NCBI GenBank assembly: GCA_049520955.1
Contig: JBEKPG010000005.1
Coordinates: 2,817 to 66,816 of the forward strand
Source: Candidatus Bathyarchaeia archaeon
Lineage (GTDB): Archaea; Thermoproteota; Bathyarchaeia; Bathyarchaeales; Bathycorpusculaceae
Direction of reading: 5' to 3'
DNA: 64,000 nucleotides
A program made the translations under genes and the position numbers. The notes under the pieces were generated by a model, which did not search any database, was not told the DNA's origin, and saw nothing but the letters and a program-made list of their open reading frames with translations. This document shows, piece by piece, positions 29,640 through 39,447 of the stretch (positions are counted from its first letter, which is position 1; every line of letters starts with the position of its first letter).

Positions 29640-30125
29640 ATGAATGCTGTTGCAGATCAAGAAGTTGATGAGATAGCGCAAAAAATCATGACAGAAGTAG
29701 AACAGGCAAAATCGAAAGATCTGGCAGGCTCCGACGAAATGATAAAGATTCTCCACTTGACAAATACACATAGCGCCAAAGCATTGCTAGAACATGCCGA
29801 TGAAGCTCCTACAGAAAATGAACGAAACATAGGAAAGAAAGCAGTGGTGGAGGCATTGTTAGTTTCCACCTGGCATACAAGGTTGTACTTCATCATAAGA
29901 TCATTCATCATGGGGCTACTAGGCGCGCTTTTAACTCTTATTTTCGTATTAATATTTCACTCAATAACCCTAGCTTTGGACATCCCACTGGGTATCTTTT
30001 CATTCATATTCTCGCTATTTGTTTCTAGGCTGCTAGACGTGCAAATAGTAAAAGCCACAAAGGCTATAACAGATTACCTGAGCAATCATAAAAGCTTGAG
30101 AAACTTTATTCTTAACCACTTCTAA
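29640..30125 (+). CDS. Hypothetical membrane protein
   Basis: 161-aa ORF with two C-terminal TM helices. Confidence 0.7.
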   Translation: MNAVADQEVDEIAQKIMTEVEQAKSKDLAGSDEMIKILHLTNTHSAKALLEHADEAPTENERNIGKKAVVEALLVSTWHTRLYFIIRSFIMGLLGALLTLIFVLIFHSITLALDIPLGIFSFIFSLFVSRLLDVQIVKATKAITDYLSNHKSLRNFILNHF

Positions 30126-30164
30126 GCAGGTAACCGCTTGCAAATTGGGCAGAGGCAAAAAAAT

Positions 30165-30575
30165 TCATAGGGCTCGCATTCGATTGTTTCTTGGATTATG
30201 TTCAATTTCCGCTATTCCTAAAGCTTCTAGGATTGGCGGTATATAATTTGCAAATCGCCCCCGCAGCCCCTTTTTGATACCGTACCATCCGCCCACGGGG
30301 TTTTTTGGTGACCTTGCCCAAGCTTCAACGGTTCCTTCCTCAGCTGGCTTCTGTTCGTCTGCGCTACCAAGCGGCATCCAATCTCCTTTGGCTTTCAACA
30401 TTTTATGGAGATCGTCCAAACAGCGAAGTTGGTATTTGAGTTCCGTTTTACCTACCCAGACCACGACTGTTGGCGGGTCAGCTGCTTCGTCGCGATATGC
30501 TTTGAATTCAGAAGTGCCGGGTGGAGTTTTAAGTAGCCAAGGATCATCCTTTGTTCCTTTTACTTTAATTGACAA
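30165..30575 (-). CDS. Conserved hypothetical protein (DUF6855-like, from recall)
   Basis: GTKDDPWLLKTPPGTSEF...NPVGGWYGIKKGLRGRFANYIPP...RNNRMRA. Confidence 0.7.
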   Translation of the reverse strand: MSIKVKGTKDDPWLLKTPPGTSEFKAYRDEAADPPTVVVWVGKTELKYQLRCLDDLHKMLKAKGDWMPLGSADEQKPAEEGTVEAWARSPKNPVGGWYGIKKGLRGRFANYIPPILEALGIAEIEHNPRNNRMRAL

Positions 30576-30725
30576 AAATTCACCTACTTAAGGATTAAAT
30601 TAAGCGCATTTCAACTTTTCGGTTTAGCGTTTGAAGCGCAATAAATTTAACGTTCATTACTTGTTGAAAAAGGCTATGGAGATTACCTGTCTTTCTCTAT
30701 ATTTTCTGGCGCTTATCAGTTCGGA

Positions 30726-30812
30726 TGGCGCGGGATGTGGGATTTGAACCCACGCGGCCTTTCGACCACAGACTTAGCAGGCCTGCCCCCTACCAGGCTA
30801 GGGCAATCCCGC
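30726..30812 (-). tRNA. tRNA-Ser(GCT), CCA encoded, no intron
   Basis: Acceptor GCGGGAT/ATCCCGC, discriminator G + CCA, anticodon loop CT-GCT-AA, long variable arm, T-arm GTGGG-TTCAAAT-CCCAC. Confidence 0.95.
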
Positions 30813-30813
30813 A
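30790..30813. repeat. Direct repeat copy 1 (att-like; 5' end of tRNA-Ser)
   Basis: CTACCAGGCTAGGGCAATCCCGCA, identical to 43503-43526. Confidence 0.92.
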
Positions 30814-31339
30814 ATTGTACCCTAACTCATTATTTTCGCTTTTGTCTATCTTAGCTTTGATCTCAATAACCAATGCTGGTTAGTAGAGTTATTGAATTGG
30901 GTTATTTTTGTCTTTTGCGTCTAATGATACACACAGCTGCAGTTAGTAGAAGAATCACGATTTAAGCGCGCGTGTCTCATTTTTCCATGTTGGTTTTTTC
31001 TTAAATCTGCTGGATACACTGGGCAAAAAAGCTTAAAAATCTCTCATTTTACCAAAATAAGTGTTTTTTAGCCTTTTTAACCTATATAAAGCCAAACTAC
31101 ATAGGCACTTTTGAAACTAAAAATAATTCCTAGTTTTTTATTCTGTTATGTTGGGCTTTAAAACTTTGGCTTTAAGCAATGTTAACACCAAAACGACCAA
31201 CACATTATTACAACATTAACTAAGCGGTTTAACTAGTCTTTTTGGTGGTTCTAACAGGGTATTTTAATAAAAACAGCTAGGGGTTTAGTTAAAAAATAGG
31301 TCGGCTAAATTAAAGCTGTTATATGTCAAGGGGTAGAGG

Positions 31340-31483
31340 TTATTTTTGGCTTAATTCGTTATGCCATTTATCACAGCAATGGTTTATGAATCTAGGAATC
31401 ATGTCATTTGTAAGTTTGCATACGCAATAAGAAGCGTTATACTCTGAGCACGTTCCGCAACCACACTTAGCGCATCTATCCAT
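31340..31483 (-). CDS. Cys-rich microprotein (47 aa, 8 Cys)
   Basis: Hand translation MDRCAKCGCGTCSEYNASYCVCKLTNDMIPRFINHCCDKWHNELSQK. Confidence 0.5.
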   Translation of the reverse strand: MDRCAKCGCGTCSEYNASYCVCKLTNDMIPRFINHCCDKWHNELSQK

Positions 31484-31489
31484 TTTTAA

Positions 31490-31585
31490 TCAGAATCCCT
31501 GATGTTGGCAGTCTGTGCCAATGTGGTCGCATTCGTAGGTACCTAATTGAAAGTGGCTGCATCGCCTAAATTTTTTGCAAGTCAT
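31490..31585 (-). CDS. Cys/His-rich micropeptide (31 aa)
   Basis: Hand translation MTCKKFRRCSHFQLGTYECDHIGTDCQHQGF; GAGGAG upstream; in tandem with the 47-aa ORF. Confidence 0.4.
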   Translation of the reverse strand: MTCKKFRRCSHFQLGTYECDHIGTDCQHQGF

Positions 31586-31789
31586 AGTTATTTTGCCATC
31601 TCCTCAACCTTGACAAAGCGTTTTGGCGATTATATGCAATGTTCCGATTCTTGACACATATCAACCTTCAAACAACATTAGCACCTAATTATTTTAATAA
31701 AAAAAAGCCGCTAGAGTGGTTGTCCACGTGGAAGAGGCATGTCTAACACTCTAACGACTGCCACAAGGTTGAGGCTGTGACTGTCAAAT

Positions 31790-32326
31790 TTAGACGCAAA
31801 CTCCAAAACTTTCAATATTGCCATTGGTTGCATTGGTTTCAACTTTGCCGAAAATCAGGCGTGTACCTGTTGTTTTTACGATTGCTGTCGCTTGTTCTGC
31901 CGTAATTTTTTCTATTTTGCCAATTTGCTTGCATGTGTAATTTTCATTACTCTGATTTAAAGCCACAAAACAGCAAACCCCACCACCAGCACAGTTAAAA
32001 TCACGAATAAACAGTTTTCCATCGCTTTCAATAAACCATAAATTATCAGTGACATCTGGACGCATAGTATAACTTAAGACCATGTGGAACCATATTTTTT
32101 CGATTGAATTCCATGCGTTTTTGTCTTCGACATCTTTACTAAAAAGTATGTGGGCTATAGCTGACCTTTTAAAATTCATCTCTTCAGGGGTTTTAAGTAC
32201 CGTTGACTCTTCATTAAAGGCACTCCAACTTTTTAGAGACTTATCGAAGCGTGACACAAAGGTTTTTTCTTCAAATCTGTAGCCTTCAGGTTTATGCATC
32301 CACCGAGCGCGCGCGCTTTCTTTCAA
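31790..32326 (-). CDS. Hypothetical protein; 5' end lies on a (GC)5 junction
   Basis: 178-aa ORF; 'SARAR' near the N-terminus is the translated GCGCGCGCGC run, so it may be truncated or chimeric. Confidence 0.5.
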   Translation of the reverse strand: MKESARARWMHKPEGYRFEEKTFVSRFDKSLKSWSAFNEESTVLKTPEEMNFKRSAIAHILFSKDVEDKNAWNSIEKIWFHMVLSYTMRPDVTDNLWFIESDGKLFIRDFNCAGGGVCCFVALNQSNENYTCKQIGKIEKITAEQATAIVKTTGTRLIFGKVETNATNGNIESFGVCV

Positions 32327-32424
32327 CTTTTAGAAGTAAATATTTGACGCTGATTCATGTTGGTGAAGTCTTTGGGTTTGCCGTCTCTAAGTGCGGCAAA
32401 AACGCGTTCATCAAATAAGCCCAT
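32323..32424 (-). pseudogene. N-terminal fragment of a winged-helix protein
   Basis: MGLFDERVFAALRDGKPKDFT then stops after 33 aa; resembles the first helix of a wHTH family (from recall). Confidence 0.35.
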
Positions 32425-32599
32425 TGCGAGTTATAATAAGCAAAATCAGACTTGTAACCATTTTTAACCATTTTCGGGACAAGCCAGCGCGCTGAAATTG
32501 CCGCGCTACAGTATATAGACATTCAGATACGTTTATTTCTGAAATGGTGGCTAAAATACATCAGTAGCTTAAAAGAAACTCACATGGCGATGTTTTTTC

Positions 32600-33355
32600 A
32601 TGAGTAAAGAGCCGTCTGCCTCAGAACCAATGCTTGGCGCTCGGGCTTATCACTTCCTTGAGATGCGTCGATTATTCTCAGAAGGGTTAGGAACTTTCTT
32701 TCTTGTTTTAGTAGCTGTTGGAGGAGGTGTTGTAAATACTGCAACACACGGAGCCATTAGCCAAGTTGCCCTTGTTATTGCGCCTGCTTTAATGGTTATG
32801 GCAATCATTCTTTTTATGGGAAAGGTTTCTGGGGCTCATCTAAATCCTGCAGTAACGATTGCTTTTTCTGCTCGAGGCGATTTCCCTTGGCGCCGAGCCC
32901 CTGGATACATCTTAGCTCAAATTATAGGCGCTGTTATAGCATGTTCTTTTCTTGCCACCATATTTGGTGTGAATGGAACTTTTGGTTCCACTCAACCAGG
33001 AGCTGGCTTTAGTGGTTTGCAAGCAGTCTTGATAGAGTTCATTCTTACTCTTGGACTTGTCAGCGTAATTCTCGGAACCGCTTCTAAAGCTCAAAACGTC
33101 GGACCGTTGTCTGCCCTTGCAGTTGGCGGCTATATTGCGTTGGCTGGACTTTGGGCAGCGCCCATATCTGGAGCATCAATGAACCCAGCGCGCTCATTTG
33201 CCCCTGACCTTTTTCTTCTTAGCTTTAGTACCTATTGGATATATTTAGCAGGGCCTATAGCAGGTGCATTGCTTGCTGTGTTTTTTGCTTATCTTCTGCG
33301 TGGACATAACAGGGACGAAACAGCGATTGAGGCCGCACAAGGTGTCCTAAAATAA
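32600..33355 (+). CDS. Aquaporin / MIP channel
   Basis: Two NPA motifs: SGAHLNPAVT and GASMNPARS; 6 TM. Confidence 0.95.
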   Translation: MSKEPSASEPMLGARAYHFLEMRRLFSEGLGTFFLVLVAVGGGVVNTATHGAISQVALVIAPALMVMAIILFMGKVSGAHLNPAVTIAFSARGDFPWRRAPGYILAQIIGAVIACSFLATIFGVNGTFGSTQPGAGFSGLQAVLIEFILTLGLVSVILGTASKAQNVGPLSALAVGGYIALAGLWAAPISGASMNPARSFAPDLFLLSFSTYWIYLAGPIAGALLAVFFAYLLRGHNRDETAIEAAQGVLK

Positions 33356-33423
33356 CCGACCCATTGGAGGCTAACTATTGTCACATGAATTGATAAGGGT
33401 GAACAAAAAAGGAGGTCTAAAAA

Positions 33424-34837
33424 ATTACCGAACCTATACAGCCAAATAGAGGTCTTAGTCGTCAGGAGCGTTGGCAAAAAGGGAAAGAACTAAGTGTCAA
33501 GATTCCATGGAAGAGCCACAGTGAGTGGAAACGTCCAAGTAATTTTCAAGACCCCATCAGCCTAATTCAACAGCATGACAAAGGGCGATTATCGTTTTTG
33601 CTGCCTATTAAATATGGGCGCATGGCAGCTTCAGCTTTTGCTTATCTTAGGGGTTCAGCCGCGGTCATGGCAGCCGACCTTAGAAGTACTCCAGTCACTG
33701 GCATAAAGACAATGTTGTGCGGCGACGCTCACTTATACAACTTCGGCATCTTTGCGTCGCCCGAGCGCAAACTAGTCTTTGACATAACTGATTTTGATGA
33801 ATGTTACCCTGGTCCGTGGGGAATGGGACCTCAAACGATTGGCCGCCAGTGCAGTCATTGCGGGGAGAGAAAACGGGTTTAAACCTGAAGATAATCGTGA
33901 ACTAGCCAAGCATGTTGCCAAAAAGTATCGTAAGGCAATAACAACATTTGCGAGCATGCTTACTTTAGACGTGTGGTATTCCTATGTAGATGCTGAGAGG
34001 CTCTTGAAAGCATTTCATAATTCTAAAAAAGAGTCGAAAATTTTGGAAAAAGCCATCAAGAAGGCTCGTACTAGAACAGAGGAACAATCACTTGAGAAGT
34101 ACACCGAAATTGTAGATGGTCAGCGACAATTTGTTAATCATCCACCGTTGATGGTTCGTTTAACCGACGTTCCTGAGAGTAATGCTGTGGCAGAGAAAGC
34201 CCAAGTGTTAAGAAATGATCTGGAAAAAGCCTGGCTTGAGTATGTCAGCAGTGTTGAAATAAATCGTCGCGTGTTGCTGGGTCGTTATCATCTTGTTGAT
34301 ACTGCTTTAAGAGTTGTCGGAGTGGGCAGTGTGGGAACTCGTTGCTTCGTAGCTTTGCTGGAAGCTAACTCAATTGATGATGAAATTGTGCTGCAGCAAA
34401 AGGAGGCTGGACCTTCGGTATTGGAACGATACTTAACGCAACGAGAATTTGTCAATCATGCAGATCGTGTGGTGATAGGAGAGCGGTTAATGCAGTCGAC
34501 AAGCGATATCTTTTTGGGATGGAGTTGTGGTTTTGCTTCTTCCGGACGTGATTATTATTGGCGCCAGCTGAGAGATATGAAAGGTTCCGTTGATGTTTCT
34601 CTGTTGGGCGTGAAAGGTTTTAAGGATTATCTTGCGTGCTGCAGCTATTGTTTGGCGCTGGGTCATGCTCGTTCGGGAGATGTTGCTGGGATTTCAGGGT
34701 ATCTGGATAATGGCAAACCATTTGACGAGGCGATTGCAAACTTTAGCGTTTCCTACGCAGAACAAACGGAGCACGATTATCACGCTCTGGTGGCTGCAAT
34801 CAAGGCTGGTCGTATTGTTGCTAAGAAAGGCGTTTGA
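33424..34837 (+). pseudogene. DUF2252-family protein, split by a +1 frameshift and lacking a canonical start
   Basis: KYGRMAASAFAYLRGSAAVMAADL, CGDAHLYNFG, RVVGVGSVGTRC, YWRQLRDMKGS; extra G in run 33818-33821 breaks PWEWDLKRL; frame open from ATT 33424 after GGAGGT. Could be a sequencing error. Confidence 0.8.
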
Positions 34838-35286
34838 TTAAGGTCAACAGTTATCTTAGTCCCTAGCTGTCACCGGCGATTCAAAGAAACGAGTTGATGT
34901 CCATCGTTACCTGTTCAATCTCTATGTAGAATAGTCTGTATGTTTTTTGTATTTACGACTTTTGATCTAAATGCTTCCTTAATTAGCGTTCATAGATAAT
35001 AGATATTTTTTAATTTGAAGCTATATTTTTGCGCCAAATTTTGGTCGAGTGCTATCGAAAGCGAACAAATCTTTCTTGCTTCTTACAGTCCTTCATATTC
35101 GAAAAGGTAACTTTTTCTTATCTATAGTTCAAGCTCTTCTCCTGACTATTGAGGAGGAAAATGTACTTAAGTACTGCCAATGTAGGAACGATAGCAGAGG
35201 ATAATCAAAACGCGGCACGCTATTTATAGTTGTTACATTTTAAGACAGTAGAAAAAGTTAAATCCCTCAATATTCCTCAGTGAATT

Positions 35287-35898
35287 ATGAATTCTACAAC
35301 TCTTATCGAAACAGGATTTACCGAATGGTTCCCGCTGAAAACGTTAACATTCTCAAATTTGCCTCCAAACAAAGACTGCGTCATCATAATAGTGGATAAG
35401 GAACTTTCAGGAAAGCCAGAATCTGATATTCTATATATTGGACGCACAAAAAGATCCGTCAAAAGGATACTGGGCGGATATTTGGCAGGGTATGGCGGAA
35501 AAAAGACAAAGAAGATCAACCAGATGCTTTTCGACGAAGGTTACATTGAAAATGCCGCTATAAGCTGGATCCTAACTGACAAACCAAGAATCATGCAAAA
35601 AGAATTGCTCGCCAAATTCAAAGAAGCTAATGGTAAATTTCCAGTCTGGAACGCCAAAAAGAAACTCAATGTTAAGCCCAAAAAAACCCCAGTTCCCAAA
35701 CCAAAAGCCGCTGCTCCGAGAGTTAAAGTCAGACCGATAACAAAATCCGTTCCGCGCGCGCGCCCAAAAATTGTTTCAACAAAGAGACCTGCGGCAAAGA
35801 CTAAAACCTCAACTAAAACCGAGACAGCAAGCAAAGGGGAAACTGCCGTAGAAACGCCAGAAAAGGCAAAACTTTCAGACACTGAAATGGCAACTTAA
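35287..35898 (+). CDS. GIY-YIG-like domain with Lys/Pro/Ala-rich tail
   Basis: ILYIGRT..R...LLAKF...G.FPVWN followed by a KKTPVPKPKAAAPRVK... basic tail. Confidence 0.6.
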   Translation: MNSTTLIETGFTEWFPLKTLTFSNLPPNKDCVIIIVDKELSGKPESDILYIGRTKRSVKRILGGYLAGYGGKKTKKINQMLFDEGYIENAAISWILTDKPRIMQKELLAKFKEANGKFPVWNAKKKLNVKPKKTPVPKPKAAAPRVKVRPITKSVPRARPKIVSTKRPAAKTKTSTKTETASKGETAVETPEKAKLSDTEMAT

Positions 35899-36267
35899 AA
35901 CTACAGATTTCAGCCAACTTCTTTCTCTCCCTTTTCCTTTGAGTAGTGAACCTCATGTTTTTTACAAGAGACTTTTTTTTCGAACAACACTATCCTTATT
36001 TTGTTGTTGGTTAGTAATTATAAATCAATCTTGGTGGATTTTTCCTTAGAGGGTTTATCCTAATTGTTCGACTTTTGATTGATGGAGTAGCTATTATTAG
36101 TCAGCGTGACCTATTCTCAATGAGGTTGTTTCAGATGTCGATGGATTCAGAAGATTTTAAGGTGCTGCCGCTCTCTTTAAGGCAATGGCTTGTTGTTTGT
36201 TGGTGGGGAATAGCAGTCACACATGTTTAATAAAATCGCAGAGGCACTAGTCTGTTAGTGAAATTTT

Positions 36268-36432
36268 ATGAGTGGAGAAGAAGTTAAAGGTAAACTTAAA
36301 AAGGATGAAGGCAAGATTCGCGTAGGCGCGGGTAAAATTACTGGCAACACAGGTCAAATAATTAAGGGCGAAGCTGAGAAAGTAAAAGGGAAAATCGAAG
36401 AAGACGTAGGCAAAGCCAAAAGAAAGCTCTAA
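36268..36432 (+). CDS. CsbD-family general stress protein (54 aa, absent from ORF track)
   Basis: Hand translation MSGEEVKGKLKKDEGKIRVGAGKITGNTGQIIKGEAEKVKGKIEEDVGKAKRKL. Confidence 0.8.
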   Translation: MSGEEVKGKLKKDEGKIRVGAGKITGNTGQIIKGEAEKVKGKIEEDVGKAKRKL

Positions 36433-36738
36433 CAAAACACCAGCTGTTCAACGCCTCCATAATAAGCCGAAATAAGTTTTCAAGAAAACGGAAAATACCA
36501 CAGCAACTATTAAGCGGATAGTTTGCTCTTTTTTTCCATCTAACGCCAATCTGAGCTTATCAGAAACTATACTGTGAATACAACGCCGCCGAACGCACGC
36601 GCGCAAAAGTTCGGAAGAGGTAAAGGTAGCGGTGTAAGGACAGGGATGGGTCATTATGGTGGGAAGTTACTGTTGAACCATGTTGACAAAAAAGCTGGAG
36701 AATCAACAACTATTGAATAAATTAGGGCGTTTTGAGTT

Positions 36739-36978
36739 TTACATTATCTTCTTGGGGGTTTGATGCTCAGTTTCCAAGTGCATGGTTAATTCCTCTTTAG
36801 TTTTGAAAACTTTACCACATATTTGGCAAGTAACCTTGTTTGGCGTTGGATTATCCATTGGAGGAAGCGAAGGCTGCTGATCTGGGGATTCAAAAGAGCC
36901 ATCTGGTGGGGAGGGTGCAATCAAATCATTGAATGATTCATTTGGCTTCTTTTCGTAGGGAAAATCAGGCTCAGTCAA
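36739..36978 (-). CDS. Small C2H2 zinc-finger protein
   Basis: CQICGKVFKTKEELTMHLETEH (C-x2-C-x12-H-x4-H) after a Pro-rich N-terminus. Confidence 0.8.
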   Translation of the reverse strand: MTEPDFPYEKKPNESFNDLIAPSPPDGSFESPDQQPSLPPMDNPTPNKVTCQICGKVFKTKEELTMHLETEHQTPKKIM

Positions 36979-37668
36979 AATCTTACCTATATTACAAGGG
37001 GTTTATGCTTTTCTTAAGCATTTGTGACTGTCTAACGACAATAACGTAAAAGTAGGTCACAGTTAAGCAAACAGTTTACTCGTTTCTTTCTCTCATTTTT
37101 TTACGAGAGTTTTCTTACAATGTAAGTTGAGCCTTTCTTCTCTCTGTCGTGCTCACGACTGCGTACGCTCGCGAATGCACGCACGCCCACGCATGCCTCC
37201 GTGAATCGTGTCTGTCCTACTGTCAGTCACTCTGTCAGTCTCACAGTCGCACCCGCAACAAAACAAAAACAAACAGATAGGGTAAGCTAAAGATTCGTTC
37301 GAATCTTTCTTTCAGCTTGCCTTATATCAAGTTAAAAAGAAATCTCAAAACAACGATAAGAACTATTATTAATACTACTACTACAATAGCGGACCAGAGC
37401 CAACTACCTAAACCACCTTTTTTATTATGCAAAAACCTCATTTGTCCAATCACCTCTTGTATAACTGACTTATTGTCTTTCAATTCTACTTAACTATTTG
37501 TTACTGTAGAACCACAACTACAAGCGCTCGCTCCAAATACTATTCAGATTGGTGTTATGCGGAAGTGCGCAAGCTAGTTTTCAGCGCGCGCGTGACCGTT
37601 TCCATTCCTCTGTGAGGATACCATGGAAACCCTTTGATATAATCCTTAGGATTATCTGATCCAAAGTG

Positions 37669-37857
37669 GCACATCAACAATCGCCTAGCAGCCGCAACAG
37701 TGGCGATTTTCTTACCCCTCTTCTCCGCTATCCGATTATACGCTTTCGTAATAGCGGTATCGTACTTGTGAGCATGCGTCTGAGCCGCCTCAACCATCAC
37801 CCAACGCAGCCACCTGCTACCTTCCTTAGTGATGCTTCCATGCCAAACAGTCTTTCC
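37669..37857 (-). pseudogene. IS110-family transposase C-terminal fragment
   Basis: GKTVWHGSITKEGSRWLRWVMVEAAQTH...RGKKIATVAAARRLL; starts exactly at the (GC)n run 37857-37866. Confidence 0.8.
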
Positions 37858-37943
37858 GCGCGCGCGAAGGCTTATTAGCTTCCGCTTTCGAATCTGAAGA
37901 AGCTTTTTATTTTAGCCTAAACTATTTTTTAATAGGTCTCGGT

Positions 37944-38840
37944 TTGAATCTTGGTACCCACATCTTTTTTGCTGGTGTAGTCACAGCTATTCTCACGGGC
38001 AACCCTTACTTCACTCTTTTAGCGGGAATAGGCAGTTTCATCCCCGACCTGGATCGAGAATACCTCTTGGTGAGCCCAAAGGCTTTTCGAGAGGAACAGT
38101 TTCATCGGGCGCTTTTCCATAACCTGCTTTTTCTATCTGGGCTGTTTTTTGTGAATGTTTGGCTTGCACTAGGCGCATTTCTACATAGCTTCATAGATTC
38201 CTTCACTACAGAGAAAGACAAGGGAGTCGAGTGGCTTTTTCCATTTTCTAGAATGGTGAAACGTGGTCGTTACACGTTGGCTGCAAAGTCAAAAGACGGA
38301 GCGTGTAAACTGGAGTTGGTTGATCAGAAGCCGCCTGATCGAGTCTGCTTTATCAATGAAGATTCTCCGGAGACAACCCAGCTTTCTGATCCTGATTTGA
38401 AGGAGTCAAGAGCTGTTCCATGGCGTAGGACCTATGGACCTGCGACGAACGGGCAAATGTTCGACAAGTGGCTCGCATTAGCCTCTTTTTCGATGCTAAT
38501 TCTTTATGCTGTGTTGAACCCTGGTTTTGCAATGGCTGGCAAAAACCTCATCCTCTCAACCCAAATCATTCCGCCAATGAGCCTTTTAACGGGCATCGTA
38601 CTGGTTTTTCTCGGAGGTTGGCTTAAAAAGAACAAAAGAAACAGAAAAGGGTACCTCACCCTCTTCGCGGCTGGTGGTGTGTTCACAGTTTTGTCAGCTG
38701 TACTGTCGGTTGGCGGAGTTTCGGGTTATGTGTTTCTTTTAAGTCCTACTTTTATTGCTGTCGGCTGCTTGGTTTTGTTTGCTGAAGCGCTTTTTATTTG
38801 GCGGCTTAGCACATACGGCGGAAAAAAAGCCCTAGTTTAA
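37944..38840 (+). CDS. Membrane metal-dependent hydrolase (YdjM-like)
   Basis: TH, GSFIPDLD, HRALFHNL, GAFLHSFIDSFT, GVEWLFPF; C-terminal TM helices. Confidence 0.85.
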   Translation: MNLGTHIFFAGVVTAILTGNPYFTLLAGIGSFIPDLDREYLLVSPKAFREEQFHRALFHNLLFLSGLFFVNVWLALGAFLHSFIDSFTTEKDKGVEWLFPFSRMVKRGRYTLAAKSKDGACKLELVDQKPPDRVCFINEDSPETTQLSDPDLKESRAVPWRRTYGPATNGQMFDKWLALASFSMLILYAVLNPGFAMAGKNLILSTQIIPPMSLLTGIVLVFLGGWLKKNKRNRKGYLTLFAAGGVFTVLSAVLSVGGVSGYVFLLSPTFIAVGCLVLFAEALFIWRLSTYGGKKALV

Positions 38841-39099
38841 GTAAGAAGCGCGCGCTTCAGGTGAAAACAAAATTCGTTTGTGACGCGTTTCAAAGCATGG
38901 AATCTGAATGAAAACAGAAAATAGGCTAAAGAATCAAAAGGCGAATTATTGCAACCTTTGACCAATTTAGGAACACCCACGCGCGCTACCTTTCAAAAAG
39001 ATCTCAAATGATCCCTACGATGTCCTACAAAGAACACCATCAACATTACTTAATGGCTAGACGTACTATCGTCTGACTCTCTCGCGATTAAATTGGTCT

Positions 39100-39297
39100 C
39101 TATTTTTTCTCTTGCTTTATTTTTTCCCTTAACTGATTGATAGACGTAACACGTTGCTCTTTAAGGACCGCCTCAACTGTTTTATCGGAACGATAACCAA
39201 AATGTTCCTGAATATCAGGAGCAACATTTCCTATATGTGCATCTTCACGAATTTGTCTAGGATCCCCTGTCTTGCCTATTTGTCCTGGCATTTTCAA
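39100..39297 (-). CDS. Small hypothetical protein
   Basis: 65-aa charged ORF downstream of and co-oriented with the TPS/TPP gene. Confidence 0.5.
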   Translation of the reverse strand: MKMPGQIGKTGDPRQIREDAHIGNVAPDIQEHFGYRSDKTVEAVLKEQRVTSINQLREKIKQEKK

Positions 39298-39447
39298 AAC
39301 TCCTTAAAGTAACTATAAACCAACAATTGTTACATAACCTTTTCTCTCATTTGTTCTCGGGTGCGCCACCAGATTCCATCCCTGAGGCTACAGTGTTAGC
39401 GGCAAGTACTGTTCCATCAGGTTTAGTTAAAAGTGGCGCTTTAGTGC

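Noticed and set aside
33188-33193. GCGCGC inside the aquaporin gene
   Set aside because: Explained by the codons of the conserved NPAR motif; not treated as a junction
34840-35130. Minus-strand remnant ending in GTKITVDL (possible histidine-kinase tail)
   Set aside because: Several in-frame stops and too little motif to assign
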